Sequence record: OR699282.2
Length of the DNA: 64,000 nt
Direction: 5' to 3' (one strand)
The notes beneath the pieces were generated by a model. That model worked only from the letters and a program-made list of their open reading frames with translations. It had not been told where the DNA came from and did no database searches. This document shows, one piece after another, positions 8,398 to 17,033 of the stretch (the first letter of the stretch is position 1; each line of letters starts with the position of its first letter). Both the position numbers and the translations under genes were made by a program.

Positions 8398-8721
8398 ATG
8401 GCTAAAACTATCATCAACACCGTTTCCCTGGCTGCAATCCGTGCAATCAATGTTGACGGTAAACGTTGGACTGATTCATATGGCAATACTTATCATTCTT
8501 GTCATGTAAGCGTTGAACTGGATAACGGTTTGAATGATCTGGCGGTTGAATCATTTACTTATGGCTATGAAGATGCATATCAACAAACGGCGTTTGATCT
8601 CTTAAAGGAATCAGTAGACGGGCTTGATACTGTTGAAACCTCCCTTACTCGTTTATGTAATGATTTGTCTATCCCGTTGCATTGTACTGTACAGAATGTT
8701 AAACGTAAAAAAGATCTTTAA
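8398..8721 (+). CDS. hypothetical protein, paralog of 15606
   Basis: RWTDSxGNTYHSC..FTYGY..VKRKKD shared. Confidence 0.85.
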   Translation: MAKTIINTVSLAAIRAINVDGKRWTDSYGNTYHSCHVSVELDNGLNDLAVESFTYGYEDAYQQTAFDLLKESVDGLDTVETSLTRLCNDLSIPLHCTVQNVKRKKDL

Positions 8722-8801
8722 TTAGCTTTACTTTATGCAGATACTTTGATATAGTGTCTGCATAGGGGAAAGAAATTAAATTAACTTAAGAGGATAGTAT
8801 A

Positions 8802-9071
8802 ATGAAAAATATCAGTACTTTAATCGATGCAGGTACACATGTTCGTCGGTCTATGGTTACAACCAGTACTACAAAACAAGTAGCAAGCGGTTATCTTGTA
8901 TTTGTGCACGATGGAAAACTCCTGGAACGTTCAATCAATTTTGATGTTAAAAACAATTGCCGTTTTATTATCTTTAAGCGTGAACAATATAAAATCGATT
9001 TACCAGCGAAGCCCATAAGCGGGGCGTACAACGTGCAATCATTGTTTGAGCGTCAACCATACACCTATTAA
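8802..9071 (+). CDS. hypothetical protein
   Basis: SD GAGG. Confidence 0.75.
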   Translation: MKNISTLIDAGTHVRRSMVTTSTTKQVASGYLVFVHDGKLLERSINFDVKNNCRFIIFKREQYKIDLPAKPISGAYNVQSLFERQPYTY

Positions 9072-9122
9072 TCAAAACATCGTTAGCGGTCGATTCAGGC
9101 CGCTTATATTGGGGATTATACC

Positions 9123-9395
9123 ATGAACGTTAATCAAGTACTGAATGAGATCGAAAGCATCATTAAACCGATGAAGCGTACTGATGCTATGTTAACACCG
9201 GAAGAATGCCGCCTTTATGAGCGTTACAGCGTCGAACAAGTCCAGGCAATGGCTATGGCTACCCCAGCCGTTAAACCGCCTGAGAATGCGTTACAGGACG
9301 TTACAGGGGATTATATCATTAATCCAGTACTAGGGAAGATGGCTGCAATCACCGAAGATCAACAAGACTACTTAAGCCAGTACTTAAAAGGTTAA
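9123..9395 (+). CDS. hypothetical protein
   Basis: SD GGGG. Confidence 0.7.
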   Translation: MNVNQVLNEIESIIKPMKRTDAMLTPEECRLYERYSVEQVQAMAMATPAVKPPENALQDVTGDYIINPVLGKMAAITEDQQDYLSQYLKG

Positions 9396-9400
9396 TTAAT

Positions 9401-9610
9401 ATGCTTACTGTACAGGATAAGATCGACATCTTAAAGGTTAATATGTATGTGATTGATGCAGTACCTGGTAAAGTATTTGCATACGATGACACTACTGTAA
9501 GCAATTTCTACTATAGCCAGGACGTGGGGGATCTTTCTGTACAGTCGGTTATTGAAAACGTAGTTAATGCAGCGTATGAGCATTTACTTTCAAATAGTAC
9601 TTGCAATTAG
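9401..9610 (+). CDS. hypothetical protein
   Basis: Follows 9123 closely. Confidence 0.7.
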   Translation: MLTVQDKIDILKVNMYVIDAVPGKVFAYDDTTVSNFYYSQDVGDLSVQSVIENVVNAAYEHLLSNSTCN

Positions 9611-9679
9611 TTTTTAAACGCGTATAATGTTTTACATGAAGGGGAGAAATGATTCTCCCCACTAATTAAGGAATATGAA

Positions 9680-9826
9680 ATGAAAGCATCAAAAAAGAGT
9701 AATACTAAGAAAGCACGTTCAACCTTAGATGGGGTATTCCCTTTACGTTTCGTTGATGAAGTAGTTTCCTACCCGCCGGGCCTTACTCCTGAGATGGTAG
9801 AAAGTTTGCGTAAATCTAAAAAATAG
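9680..9826 (+). CDS. small basic protein, 48 aa
   Basis: Promoter 9601, SD AAGGA. Confidence 0.65.
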   Translation: MKASKKSNTKKARSTLDGVFPLRFVDEVVSYPPGLTPEMVESLRKSKK

Positions 9827-9908
9827 TACTTGCAATTAGTTTTTAGTACTGTATAATAGTTTACATGAAGGGGAAAACGTTCCCCTTACACCTAACGAGG
9901 AAAGTATA

Positions 9909-10160
9909 ATGGAAACAATTTTAATCAAAGACACTGCTACTACTGTAACTTATGATAATGATTGCATTATCCCAGGGACTGAGTACGGCGAACGTGTACC
10001 CGTTCAAGTAGAGATTGATACCACATACATCGACAAGGCTGACCAGTGTATCACTATTGTAATTGGTGAATATCGTTTTCTACCAGAAGAGATCCAAAAA
10101 TGGCAGAATATGATTGACCGTGCGAAATTAGTCGCACAAAGTTTAAAATACAAAGTTTAA
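9909..10160 (+). CDS. hypothetical early protein
   Basis: Promoter 9830, SD GAGG. Confidence 0.8.
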   Translation: METILIKDTATTVTYDNDCIIPGTEYGERVPVQVEIDTTYIDKADQCITIVIGEYRFLPEEIQKWQNMIDRAKLVAQSLKYKV

Positions 10161-10246
10161 AATAATACTTGCAATTAGTTTTTAGTACTGTATAATGTTT
10201 TACATGAAGGGGAGAAATGATTCTCCCCAATAACAGGAGAAACAAA

Positions 10247-10399
10247 ATGAAACAATACAACGCTCGGTTTGATGTTACTATCGGTAACGGCAAAGGTCAA
10301 TTCTCTTTCAGTACTCGCCGCAGTTATACAGAAAACTTCCTGCGTAATTGTGCACTGACCGCCGCTCAAATTAAACATTATTTTCAGGCTAAAAAATGA
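10247..10399 (+). CDS. small hypothetical protein
   Basis: Promoter 10169, SD AGGAG. Confidence 0.7.
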   Translation: MKQYNARFDVTIGNGKGQFSFSTRRSYTENFLRNCALTAAQIKHYFQAKK

Positions 10400-10485
10400 G
10401 ATCATTAGCTTATTACAGTTCGGCCCTGGTCGGTGCATTGATCGCGGCGTTGTTAGTAACCTATCTATTCTTTATGGTGATTTAA
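10396..10485 (+). CDS. small membrane peptide, 29 aa
   Basis: ATGA overlap, single hydrophobic stretch. Confidence 0.5.
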   Translation: MRSLAYYSSALVGALIAALLVTYLFFMVI

Positions 10486-10629
10486 ATGAATCCAACAGGT
10501 TTAAACTATAAAAGTTGTTCGGCATTTACGAAAGCAAATAAAGCGAATGCACGTAAAGCGAAAGTACAGGAATACATCAAGCAAGGCATGACGCGAAAGG
10601 CGGCGATTCTAAAAGCTAAAAATAAATGA
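10486..10629 (+). CDS. small basic protein, 47 aa
   Basis: Abuts the previous stop; Lys/Ala-rich. Confidence 0.55.
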   Translation: MNPTGLNYKSCSAFTKANKANARKAKVQEYIKQGMTRKAAILKAKNK

Positions 10630-10638
10630 AAAAAGTGG

Positions 10639-10745
10639 TTGACTCCGGTCAGCCATTTTGCTATTATATATTCATTGAGAGATAGCTCACTAGCCCACAG
10701 GGTGCAGGAGTGTATCTATTGTATAATGTTTGAGTACTGAAAACT
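10639..10745 (+). ncRNA. candidate small RNA cassette copy 7
   Basis: TTGACT-17-TATTAT, TGAG-AGATAG-CTCA hairpin, core AGCCCACAGGGTGC 10692-10705. Confidence 0.5.
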
Positions 10746-10850
10746 ATTTTAAAGTATTTGATAAAAAGTACTTGCAAACTATCTCAATAAGCGTATAATG
10801 TTTTACATCGCAAGGGGAAACGGTTTCCCCTAGTAATAAGGAAACGAATC

Positions 10851-11192
10851 ATGACTATCTCAATTGCTCAATCTAACTTTGAAAATGAAATCATCGCCCA
10901 GGCACTGCGTTTAAATGATGGTCGGGCCGAAATCAATTACGGTTTCAATTCAGGCGGTTGTGAAAAATATCAGTACTTTGTAACGGCTGATGGCGGTGTC
11001 CTGGGTATCAATACAGTTATTGTAAACATCCAAAAAATTAATTTCAATGATCCAGACGATAGCCAGTTTTACATCACTGGCGTAGACGTGAACTATGAGG
11101 ATGACTCACTAACTGATGATCACACTGGTGAGCGGTTAGAAAGTGCATACGGTGAAGATGATTATCAGTCCGGTCCAGAAGATTTCGAATAA
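10851..11192 (+). CDS. acidic hypothetical protein
   Basis: Promoter 10772, SD AAGGA; motif VNYEDxxLxDDHTGERLESAYGED. Confidence 0.85.
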   Translation: MTISIAQSNFENEIIAQALRLNDGRAEINYGFNSGGCEKYQYFVTADGGVLGINTVIVNIQKINFNDPDDSQFYITGVDVNYEDDSLTDDHTGERLESAYGEDDYQSGPEDFE

Positions 11193-11287
11193 TATAAAAA
11201 AATAGTTTGACAATAGATTATAGTACTGTATAATAGTTTACATCAAGGGGAGAATAGTTCTCCCCACTAACAGAGAGAGAAAACAAA

Positions 11288-11500
11288 ATGGCTAATATCC
11301 GGTCGAAATTAAAAAATGCAAAACAAGTTTTATTTTCAGATCATGAATACTTTAATAAAGATATTACAGGAGTTACAAGTATCAAGGAAGTAAAAGAAAA
11401 AACCGGCGTTTTGTGTGATGTGCGATTAGTTGGAACATTTGGGAATAACGTGCTATATCGCTGCGGTGATTACAATTTTACACTGACTATCATTAACTAA
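11288..11500 (+). CDS. hypothetical early protein
   Basis: Promoter 11207. Confidence 0.75.
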   Translation: MANIRSKLKNAKQVLFSDHEYFNKDITGVTSIKEVKEKTGVLCDVRLVGTFGNNVLYRCGDYNFTLTIIN

Positions 11501-11582
11501 AAATATTATCACAGTACTATTGACATAGTTTGATAGTACTGACATAATAACTTTTATCAACTACACTACTAAGGAATTAAAA

Positions 11583-11762
11583 ATGGCTATCATCGCAAAA
11601 ACTGAAATCATCGGCCTGGATTCTATCATCATGACGTTTGAAGATCAAAAAGGTATGTATGTGGTTTCCTATGGTGATTATGTTCGGGAGTATGAAACGG
11701 TAGACGAAGCCTTTGAAAGTTACATTCGCCAGGTGAATAAAGCATACGACGACTACCGCTAA
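11583..11762 (+). CDS. hypothetical protein, 59 aa
   Basis: Promoter 11520, SD AAGGA. Confidence 0.75.
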   Translation: MAIIAKTEIIGLDSIIMTFEDQKGMYVVSYGDYVREYETVDEAFESYIRQVNKAYDDYR

Positions 11763-11861
11763 AATATATTACCAGTACTATTAAATCTATTGACAATGTT
11801 TGATAGTACTGTATAATAAGTTTTATCAACAGTAGTTAACTTAACCTAAGAGAGAAACAAA

Positions 11862-12005
11862 ATGATCGCACTGGATTCATTCATCGACGCAGTACTGGCA
11901 AAAACTGGCGAGGATCTGACCGCAGAACAATACGCAATGATCGAGCAATGCCAGCAAGACGGTAAATCGGTGAAAGATACTGTTAAGATTATCCGCAAGA
12001 TGTAA
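11862..12005 (+). CDS. hypothetical protein, 47 aa
   Basis: Promoter 11790, terminator follows. Confidence 0.7.
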   Translation: MIALDSFIDAVLAKTGEDLTAEQYAMIEQCQQDGKSVKDTVKIIRKM

Positions 12006-12011
12006 GATTAT

Positions 12012-12039
12012 AGCCCACTGGTTAACGCTGGTGGGCTTT
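12012..12039 (+). terminator. intrinsic terminator containing a Chi site
   Basis: AGCCCAC..GTGGGCT-TT; GCTGGTGG at 12027. Confidence 0.65.
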
Positions 12040-12110
12040 AATTCATTACCCTATACAATGCCAGTACTAAACCGTTTATCTCGTTAGAATGCGTTACAGG
12101 ACGTTTAACA

Positions 12111-12308
12111 ATGATTAGCATGAAATCAGTACAAAAACAAATAGAAACATTATCAAAAATTAAACGTAAACAGTACTCCTTAGAATATACAATCAATGGT
12201 AACTATCATCTAATGAAAGAAAATAATTTTATAGTCATTGATGAATCATTGCAAATCATTAGTATAGTACTGAAAGCATTAATCAATGACAGAAAAAAAT
12301 TAAAATAA
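12111..12308 (+). CDS. hypothetical protein
   Basis: ORF track. Confidence 0.6.
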   Translation: MISMKSVQKQIETLSKIKRKQYSLEYTINGNYHLMKENNFIVIDESLQIISIVLKALINDRKKLK

Positions 12309-12312
12309 ACTA

Positions 12313-12395
12313 TTGACAATATCATCCAGTACTGGCATAATACTTACATCAAGACGAGAACGTCACTAACCCATAGGGTGCACAAATGTAACTGT
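12313..12395 (+). ncRNA. candidate small RNA cassette copy 8
   Basis: TTGACA-17-CATAAT, GAC-GAGAAC-GTC hairpin, core AACCCATAGGGTGC 12368-12381. Confidence 0.5.
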
Positions 12396-12639
12396 ATAAT
12401 ATTGATCAAAAAATGATCTGATCAATACTTGATCAATTTGCGTAAAGTAGTATAATTCTATGCAGTTGGTTAGACGAAAGGTTATGATTAGTAGTGCAAG
12501 TGTATAAAAATTTTCATGGTGTATCGTTCCGCACATATGGGGATGAATATGTGGTATCATGTGGATTGGAAAAAGTAAGAACAAGTAATATTATTGTCGC
12601 ATTACAGTACTATAGTATTTTTATAATGAGGTTAAAATA

Positions 12640-12897
12640 ATGGCTGTAGGATTCGCGAAAGATGGGGCCGAACAAGACGAGATTAACGCAGTGATTCAGG
12701 CTGCCGTTAACCACGCTAGAAAGCAAATTAACGCACAAATAGAATCACTGATACATTGCCTCGACTGCGGCGATATAATCCCTGAGAAACGACGCCAGGC
12801 CGTTAAGGGATGTAAGTACTGCATAACTTGCCAGGAGGATCATGATAGTACTTTTAAACGTCCCCCGCGTAATTGTTGGCATAGATCTATGAGATAA
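12640..12897 (+). CDS. TraR/DksA C4-type zinc finger protein (YbiI-like)
   Basis: MAVGFAKDGAEQDEI N-terminus with acidic tip, CxxCG-x-IPExRRxA-x3-CxxCxxCQ. Confidence 0.9.
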   Translation: MAVGFAKDGAEQDEINAVIQAAVNHARKQINAQIESLIHCLDCGDIIPEKRRQAVKGCKYCITCQEDHDSTFKRPPRNCWHRSMR

Positions 12898-12961
12898 AAA
12901 GTAATTGACAGTACTGAAAGATAGTGTATAATGTTTTATATCTTAACTGAGGATAGTAATC

Positions 12962-13318
12962 ATGGGAATACAACATATCACGCGTACTACTGACAATGGC
13001 GAGATCACTGGCTATCAAGTACAGGGCAAAGTAGCACAATTGCAGTACTGGTTTGTTAAACGTGGAATCATTGCACCGGATCTTGATTATGACCGTGTAG
13101 CGTTTATTGATTCTCTTTATGTTGATCCTGATAGTCGGGGCAATGGTGAAGGTAACGAATTAATGAATGCCTTTATCGATGCCGCCGATGATTCAGATTG
13201 TATCATCTTAGAATGCGATACGGGAGAAGATAACGCCTTTAATCTTAAAGAATGGTACGAAGGTTTCGGATTCGAGGTATTGATAGATAGTGAATATCCT
13301 ATCATGATTTTATCATAG
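12962..13318 (+). CDS. GNAT-family acetyltransferase
   Basis: IDSLYVDPDSRGNGEG (motif A) and WYEGFGF. Confidence 0.85.
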   Translation: MGIQHITRTTDNGEITGYQVQGKVAQLQYWFVKRGIIAPDLDYDRVAFIDSLYVDPDSRGNGEGNELMNAFIDAADDSDCIILECDTGEDNAFNLKEWYEGFGFEVLIDSEYPIMILS

Positions 13319-13396
13319 TACTTGCATTTAGTTTTCAGTACTGTTATAGTACTTGCATCAAGGGGAAACATCTTCCCCTACTAAGAGGAAATAAAA

Positions 13397-13585
13397 ATGG
13401 AAAACTTATCAAGTATTTTAGTACAAGATGATTTCGGTAATCCTGGAAGTGCTATCATTGTTCGGGGTAATAAAGCAACATTTGTTATTGCTGGTGGACC
13501 TGTACAGCGTAGCATTAAAAACAATGCCGTTACTATTAATAATGTACGCTATCGCTTAGATAAAGAATTGATTCATAAACTGTAA
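13397..13585 (+). CDS. hypothetical protein
   Basis: Promoter 13322, SD GAGG. Confidence 0.75.
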   Translation: MENLSSILVQDDFGNPGSAIIVRGNKATFVIAGGPVQRSIKNNAVTINNVRYRLDKELIHKL

Positions 13586-13612
13586 TATTAATTTAATAGA
13601 GGATAACAATAA

Positions 13613-13936
13613 ATGTACATTCATACTACTATCACAAAGGAAGTCCGTTGCCAGTTCGAAAGTATTCCGGGCGTATGTTTCATCACTGGTACGTTTTCCC
13701 CTGGTGATCGTGATAATCCAGTACTGTTACAATTACGCCATCCATCATGGGATAAAGCATTTGATCTACCGTTGAATGAATTCGCAACTACTGCTGAAAA
13801 GTACATTAAAAATATTCGCGAGAATGATCGACTATTCATTAATGCTTTTAGTGATTCCGCGTTAAGCGAGATCCACGGCGTATTGGTTGCAATCATGGAA
13901 TCAATGCAGAAAACTAAATTCAAACAAGGTGAATAA
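13613..13936 (+). CDS. hypothetical protein
   Basis: SD GAGG. Confidence 0.75.
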   Translation: MYIHTTITKEVRCQFESIPGVCFITGTFSPGDRDNPVLLQLRHPSWDKAFDLPLNEFATTAEKYIKNIRENDRLFINAFSDSALSEIHGVLVAIMESMQKTKFKQGE

Positions 13937-14019
13937 AAACTATTGACAATGCAATCCAGTACTGTATAATAAGTTACATGAAGGGGAGAAATGATTCTCC
14001 CCACTGAGAGGAAAGAAAA

Positions 14020-14232
14020 ATGCAAGGTCAACTAATCGTTCGTAAATGGTCTGATACTAACGAAAAACCGTGGGATGTACAATACATCGGACCGGATGGG
14101 GTATCACGTTATCAGCCTGGCGTAACGCATAGTACTGAGCAATATGCCGCCGCTCACCGCGAACGCCTGTTAGAATCCATGAAACAGGGATACGGTGAAA
14201 AATTCATTCAAGATCATTGGCTGAAAGATTAA
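14020..14232 (+). CDS. hypothetical early protein
   Basis: Promoter 13943, SD GAGG. Confidence 0.8.
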   Translation: MQGQLIVRKWSDTNEKPWDVQYIGPDGVSRYQPGVTHSTEQYAAAHRERLLESMKQGYGEKFIQDHWLKD

Positions 14233-14249
14233 TAGAAGGAGTACAGCTT

Positions 14250-14342
14250 ATGCAAATGAATCCGATGATTATTGTTTTAGCTGTACTTATGATCATTCAT
14301 GCAATTGTAGAAGTATTAACGCAATCAGGAGTAATAAAATGA
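14250..14342 (+). CDS. small membrane peptide, 30 aa
   Basis: SD AAGGAG, hydrophobic. Confidence 0.55.
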   Translation: MQMNPMIIVLAVLMIIHAIVEVLTQSGVIK

Positions 14343-14512
14343 TTCAAGTAGAATTATCAGTACTGAAAGATCTGTTTTATCGGTTAGGTACTACTGGAGA
14401 GTATCCTAAAAGTGATACCGCAAAACTTTTTGTATCACTCGACTTATGGCAACGCGAACAATTAGTAATGTCCTGGCGTAAAGGTAAAGCAGATAGCGAG
14501 GTGAAAGCATGA
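14339..14512 (+). CDS. hypothetical protein, 57 aa
   Basis: ATGA overlap, SD AGGAG. Confidence 0.65.
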   Translation: MIQVELSVLKDLFYRLGTTGEYPKSDTAKLFVSLDLWQREQLVMSWRKGKADSEVKA

Positions 14513-14658
14513 AAGAATTCTTATTCGAAGTAGTGTTTCAAGGTGTCGGTAGTAACCAACTGATTCGCTCAAGTGGTTACAATGTTAACCAGGCATGGAA
14601 TAACATTAAACAAATGTACCCGAACGCTATCACCTATCGCAACCCGAAAGAAGTTTAA
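14509..14658 (+). CDS. hypothetical protein, 49 aa
   Basis: ATGA overlap, SD GAGG. Confidence 0.65.
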   Translation: MKEFLFEVVFQGVGSNQLIRSSGYNVNQAWNNIKQMYPNAITYRNPKEV

Positions 14659-14676
14659 AAATAATTGAAAAAGGGA

Positions 14677-14785
14677 TTGACTCCGGTCAGTCCCTTTGCT
14701 ATTATATACGCATAGAAACAAATCAGCCCACAGGGTGCATAAATGTATCTATTGTTAGCTGGTGGCTAGTACTGAAAACTATTTT
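14677..14785 (+). ncRNA. candidate small RNA cassette copy 9
   Basis: TTGACT-17-TATTAT, core AGCCCACAGGGTGC 14725-14738, Chi at 14758. Confidence 0.5.
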
Positions 14786-14830
14786 TAAAAAGTACTTGCA
14801 TTGTACTTAGAATCAAGTATAATGTTTTAC

Positions 14831-14903
14831 ATCAGGACGGGGAACGAAACAAGTAACCCCGTTAAGTAGTCCAGGAGTAAGACATACGAAAACCTCCCCT
14901 GAT
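14831..14903 (+). ncRNA. candidate three-way-junction RNA, copy 2
   Basis: Near-identical to 3706-3780, behind promoter 14796, no ORF. Confidence 0.5.
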
Positions 14904-14972
14904 AAAAAAGATTGACAATAGTTTGAAGTACTGATAAAATAATCACATCAACTACTGATAAGGAAACATAAA

Positions 14973-15248
14973 ATGCGGATTCTACTGACAGCTAACGAAA
15001 TCGAACAAGTACTGACTACTAACCTGGAAGACTGGAAACGTGAAGCAGATATCCAGGCGGTTCAATGGCTTAACGATAAGTTAACGCCGGATGACTTAAG
15101 CAAGATTGTAGATCCTCAATTCTACGAAGATATTCACGACACCGCGTTAAGCGTCGAGGATGTACTAGATAAGCACTACATTGATACTGATTTGCAGGTT
15201 TACGGTCGTAAAAACTTTATCACTATTCACGATATTTACAATAATTAA
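14973..15248 (+). CDS. hypothetical early protein
   Basis: Promoter 14912, SD AAGGA. Confidence 0.8.
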   Translation: MRILLTANEIEQVLTTNLEDWKREADIQAVQWLNDKLTPDDLSKIVDPQFYEDIHDTALSVEDVLDKHYIDTDLQVYGRKNFITIHDIYNN

Positions 15249-15334
15249 GTATTGACAAAGTATCTTAGTACTGTATAATAGTTTACATCGAGAGGGGGAA
15301 TGGTTCCCCTCCTAACTAAAAGAGAGAAATAAAA

Positions 15335-15517
15335 ATGGCTAAGTGCACTATCTGTAATAAAGAAATAGTATTAGTTCCAAGTGCCCGTGAACGTGCCGCT
15401 CGGTTCGGTGGCAAAGCGTCAGACTATACAAAAATGTTTACTGCCCATACAGCTTGCCAGGTAGCAAAACGTTCACAAGAAAGCGTAGAATTAATGCGTA
15501 AACTTTCCAAAAAATAA
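15335..15517 (+). CDS. small CxxC..H..C protein
   Basis: MAKCTIC..HTAC; promoter 15252. Confidence 0.75.
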   Translation: MAKCTICNKEIVLVPSARERAARFGGKASDYTKMFTAHTACQVAKRSQESVELMRKLSKK

Positions 15518-15605
15518 GTATTGACAAAGTATCTTAGTACTGTATAATAGTTTACATCAAGTGAGGGGAAACGGTTCCCCTCCTAACAAAGAGAGAGAAA
15601 TAAAA

Positions 15606-15929
15606 ATGGCTATGATCCTTACCCAGAAAGTGGAACTGAAAATTGTAACCTCCTTTGACATTAACGTTAATCGGTGGACTGATTCACACGGCAATACTTA
15701 CCACTCTTGCTACGTGTCTGCTTTAATTGGCGACCGCTGGGAAGACCTGGGACACGAAACCTTTACATACGGTTACGGTACACAAGGCGAATACACGGGC
15801 TTGGAGATCATTAAAGAAACCGTTATAGGTTTCAACCCGAAAGAAAAAGTTATTCACCGCATCGAGGAAGAGATCAACAAAGAAATAACAGTTCGCTACC
15901 ACGATGTAAAACGTAAGAAAGACATGTAA
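15606..15929 (+). CDS. hypothetical protein, paralog of 8398
   Basis: Shared motifs; promoter 15521. Confidence 0.85.
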   Translation: MAMILTQKVELKIVTSFDINVNRWTDSHGNTYHSCYVSALIGDRWEDLGHETFTYGYGTQGEYTGLEIIKETVIGFNPKEKVIHRIEEEINKEITVRYHDVKRKKDM

Positions 15930-16015
15930 TAGAATCCATTTAAAGTACTATTTGACATTGCCCAGATAGTACTTTATAATAGACTCTAACTTGTAGTACT
16001 AACTTAACTAATAGG

Positions 16016-16420
16016 ATGTATACCATGATTACTAAATTCTACGCTACCCGTGAAGCTGCCCGTATTGTTGCACGCGAGGAAGGCGAAACATTTAAAGACA
16101 TGGGCAAAGATGCACCGAAAGGTCAACGCTGGGCCGTACAGTTCAAAGAGATCTCTGATATTGTGAATTCACCGGAGCCAGTACTAACAGCAGCAGAACT
16201 AAAACGAGCGGATTTACTGGCGTCAATACTTGATGCACAAGATGAGTTTATCGCTGATTCTGATATCAAAGTACAGACAAACCATACCGCATGGACTCAC
16301 GCGGATCACCTGGCAAACCTTAAGCGTCCAAGTGAACTGATTCGCAACCAGAAAGAGATCCGACACGACCGTAAGGGTAATCGTGTAACAGTATACAGTA
16401 AACGCCGCCAGGTTATCTAA
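16016..16420 (+). CDS. hypothetical protein, paralog of 2837 with a central insertion
   Basis: FYATREAAR..FKDMG..RWA and DRKGNRVTVY. Confidence 0.8.
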   Translation: MYTMITKFYATREAARIVAREEGETFKDMGKDAPKGQRWAVQFKEISDIVNSPEPVLTAAELKRADLLASILDAQDEFIADSDIKVQTNHTAWTHADHLANLKRPSELIRNQKEIRHDRKGNRVTVYSKRRQVI

Positions 16421-16442
16421 TAACTTGCAGTACTAACAACAC

Positions 16443-16467
16443 GGCGGGATCAGTTCCCGCCTTTTTT
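16443..16467 (+). terminator. intrinsic terminator
   Basis: GGCGGGA-TCAGT-TCCCGCC then T6. Confidence 0.8.
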
Positions 16468-16481
16468 ATAGGACAAACAAA

Positions 16482-16736
16482 ATGATTAAGGTTCAACTAT
16501 ATAAAGATAACATCTTACGGGTACACTATAAAGCACCACAGAGAATCATCACAAAGGCCGTACAGCTTGCTAATGAGTTTATTAATGGTAACCTATTACC
16601 TAGGAAGTTAAGCAACGGGAAACTGCGTGTAATCGACGTGGACACTAACAACAGGATAGTAATCGAGAACACAGGAAAGATAAACCTTTATGAGCATCAA
16701 CAATACAATAAGAAAATAAAACTAATATCACGTTGA
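16482..16736 (+). CDS. possible ParE/RelE-like fold protein
   Basis: Basic 84 aa; pattern KA..G..RKL..VIDV..RIV..HQQYN resembles phage ParE-like proteins. Confidence 0.4.
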   Translation: MIKVQLYKDNILRVHYKAPQRIITKAVQLANEFINGNLLPRKLSNGKLRVIDVDTNNRIVIENTGKINLYEHQQYNKKIKLISR

Positions 16737-16790
16737 CAGTACTCAAATGTTTTAGTACTATATGTACATACCAACACGGGGAGAAACAAA

Positions 16791-17033
16791 ATGATTACTT
16801 TAGAAAAACGTATCAAAGAAACTACATCGCTGGTGGAACTGTTAACAGTACTCAAATGTAAAACTACTCGGTTTAGTACACCGGACTTTATTAATATGGT
16901 TGATGTTAACGGTCGTTATCGTATTGCAGTAGAACAAGGCACGGCAAAAGTATTCAGTACTAAAAACACTAAGGAAGTGATTCACGCGGTTAGTGTGAAA
17001 AAAGTGGTTGCCATTGATAGTAAAGTACTGTAA
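16791..17033 (+). CDS. hypothetical protein
   Basis: SD GGGGAG. Confidence 0.75.
   Translation: MITLEKRIKETTSLVELLTVLKCKTTRFSTPDFINMVDVNGRYRIAVEQGTAKVFSTKNTKEVIHAVSVKKVVAIDSKVL

Noticed and set aside
12499-12640. Possible unlisted ~48-codon ORF (VYKNFHG..) upstream of the TraR-like gene
   Set aside because: Only GTG starts with a distant, weak SD; not enough support to list.
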